Of a stretch of 64,000 bases of DNA, positions 62,340-64,000 are shown one piece after another; within the stretch, counting starts at the first letter, position 1; the number at the start of each line of letters is the position of its first letter. The translations under genes and the position numbers were made by a program. The DNA lies in NCBI GenBank assembly GCA_002633005.1, contig NMRA01000491.1, positions 142,809 through 206,808 on the forward strand, given 5' to 3'. Origin of the DNA: Phoronis australis (taxonomy: Eukaryota > Animalia > Phoronida). The notes beneath the pieces were generated by a model, which searched no databases, was not told where the DNA came from, and saw only the letters and a list, made by a program, of their open reading frames with translations.

Positions 62340-63410
62340 TTTTCGAGGGCACATGCGGGAACAGTCTCTATACATGGTGTTGAAAAATTAATGAGGGATC
62401 TCAACCCCAGAAAGTCTATGGGTCCTGATAACATACACCCATTCAATCTAAAAAGCAACGGAGTGGAACTGGCCCCAGCTCTGACCCTCATATTTGAATC
62501 ATCACTTAGGTCTGGCATTGTCCCGTCTGACTGGTGGAGAAATGCGAACGTAACCCCGTTTTCAAAAAAGGAGAAAAATACTTACCTAAGAACTACAGAC
62601 CTATACCACTAACCAGTATAGTGTGTAAAATGCTTGAACATATAATCGTCCACACGATTTTAGACCACTGTGACTCAAATAACATCATATGTCCGGAACA
62701 ACATGGATTGCATTCAAAAATGTGTTGTGAAACTCAACTGCTAGGCTTCATCAATGAAATTAGTAAGCACGTTGAAAAAAGGTAATAGTGTTGATGCTCT
62801 CATAATGGATTTTAGTAAAACCTTCGATAAGGTAAACCACTCCTTATTGATCCACAAATTAAACCGATACAGAATATCATGTACTGTTAACAACTGGATA
62901 GCAAGTTTTCTAACTGGACGACAACAAACTGTAGTTGTCAGAGGTGAGAAGTCGTCACGTATACCTGTGGAGTCTGGGGTACCCCGAGGCTAAGTAAGGC
63001 CCCTGCTTGTTCCTATTATTCCTCTTGGCCTGTCTGGTAAAATCAGACTATTTGTAGACGATACAATTTGTTACAGCATTACTAACTCAGCCGCTGACAG
63101 AGAGGGTCTGCAGAAAGATTTAGATAGTCTTGCTCTGTGGGAGAACAAGTGGATTATGGCTTTCCACCCAGACAAGTGTAGTGCCCTCACTCTGACCAGT
63201 GTAGTGCCCTCACCCTGACCAGTGTAGTGCCCTCACCCTGACCAGTGTAGTGCCCTCACTCTGACCAGTGTAGTGCCCTCACCCTGACCAGTGTAGTGCC
63301 CTCACCCTGACCAGAAAATGCCAAATCCAACCCACCATACATGTACTTCACAATCACACGCTAAAGTCGGTCAAGGAGGCTAAATATTTGTGAGTTACCA
63401 TCTCGCTAGG
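62340..63410 (+). mobile_element. Disrupted LINE (CR1-like) reverse-transcriptase fragment
   Basis: KSMGPDNIHP, IVPSDW, PVFKKG..NYRPIPLTSIVCKMLEHII, QHG, DFSKTFDKVNH, SGVPRG* and RLFVDDT occur across several frames, with frameshifts and stops. Confidence 0.92.
63175..63313. repeat. 23-bp tandem repeat (6 copies) expanded inside the LINE fragment
   Basis: AGTGTAGTGCCCTCAC[C/T]CTGACC x6, derived from the 'KC..L' part of the RT. Confidence 0.93.
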
Positions 63411-64000
63411 CAATGACCATCGCCTCTGTTGGCCCCGACCAGAGGCGATGCAGCTCCTATAGGCGCTCCATACGCCGGAAGCTTTTCGGCGAATTATACC
63501 TCGCAACGACTACAACATCAAACTCACGTTGTTATAAATACCTTTTGCGCATAGAGGAACGCCTTAGGAGGTTGTCGATGTCTTTAATTCCTTCCAATTC
63601 GAACAAATACTCAAACTTTTTCTTCGAGCAGTCCCTATTTCAGTTCCCAAAATCGTGGACTCAACATTTTCACTCGGCGCACGCCAAGAGATATGATGTA
63701 CTCATTCTTTTAACCAGGCCTAAGGTCAGAAGTTGCGGTCCTATCAGCGAACTTTGAAAGCTGAAGTTCCCGCCCTTTGCGTACGTGCTGCCGGGAACCA
63801 GCCGTGCATTTGCCGTGTTGTTAAACATCAAAATGTCAAATATGTGCACAAAGACTATTAAATGTCATATCAACAGCATTTATTTTTATCAAATACAAAC
63901 AATAATTCATTGAAATACAATCAGTTTCAAGTAACGCCAATTAAAGACAAGTAGTGGTGGCATTTTGGAAACGAACATTTGACTGACAAGACCGCAATGG

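Overview
Eukaryotic, repeat-rich, intron-containing DNA from an invertebrate animal, probably a lophotrochozoan or mollusc (inferred from protein motifs only). Three spliced genes can be rebuilt by hand. (1) The 5' part of an inositol 1,4,5-trisphosphate receptor (ITPR) on the minus strand: coding exons 1-3 at 26779-26882, 14561-14631 and 12626-12732, continuing left of the window or into the gap. (2) A two-exon GPI mannosyltransferase 4 (PIGZ) on the plus strand: join 32820-32931, 34544-36168, 578 aa. (3) A MiT/TFE-family bHLH-ZIP transcription factor (MITF-like) on the minus strand: seven exons from 51434 to 40048, with a candidate first exon at 53023-53108. Introns and intergenic DNA hold Helentron-type non-autonomous elements (one nested three levels deep), hAT-like elements with 5-bp target duplications, a CAC...GTG TIR element, short palindromic MITEs, decayed LINEs and minisatellites. 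There is also an N gap (2560-3115) and a probable haplotype-duplication artefact (45880-47784). I found no CRISPR array or prokaryotic system, and I cannot claim a confirmed new biological system. The best leads are candidate alternative first exons of ITPR and MITF, the tight ITPR-MITF linkage, and the transposon nesting and TSD patterns.
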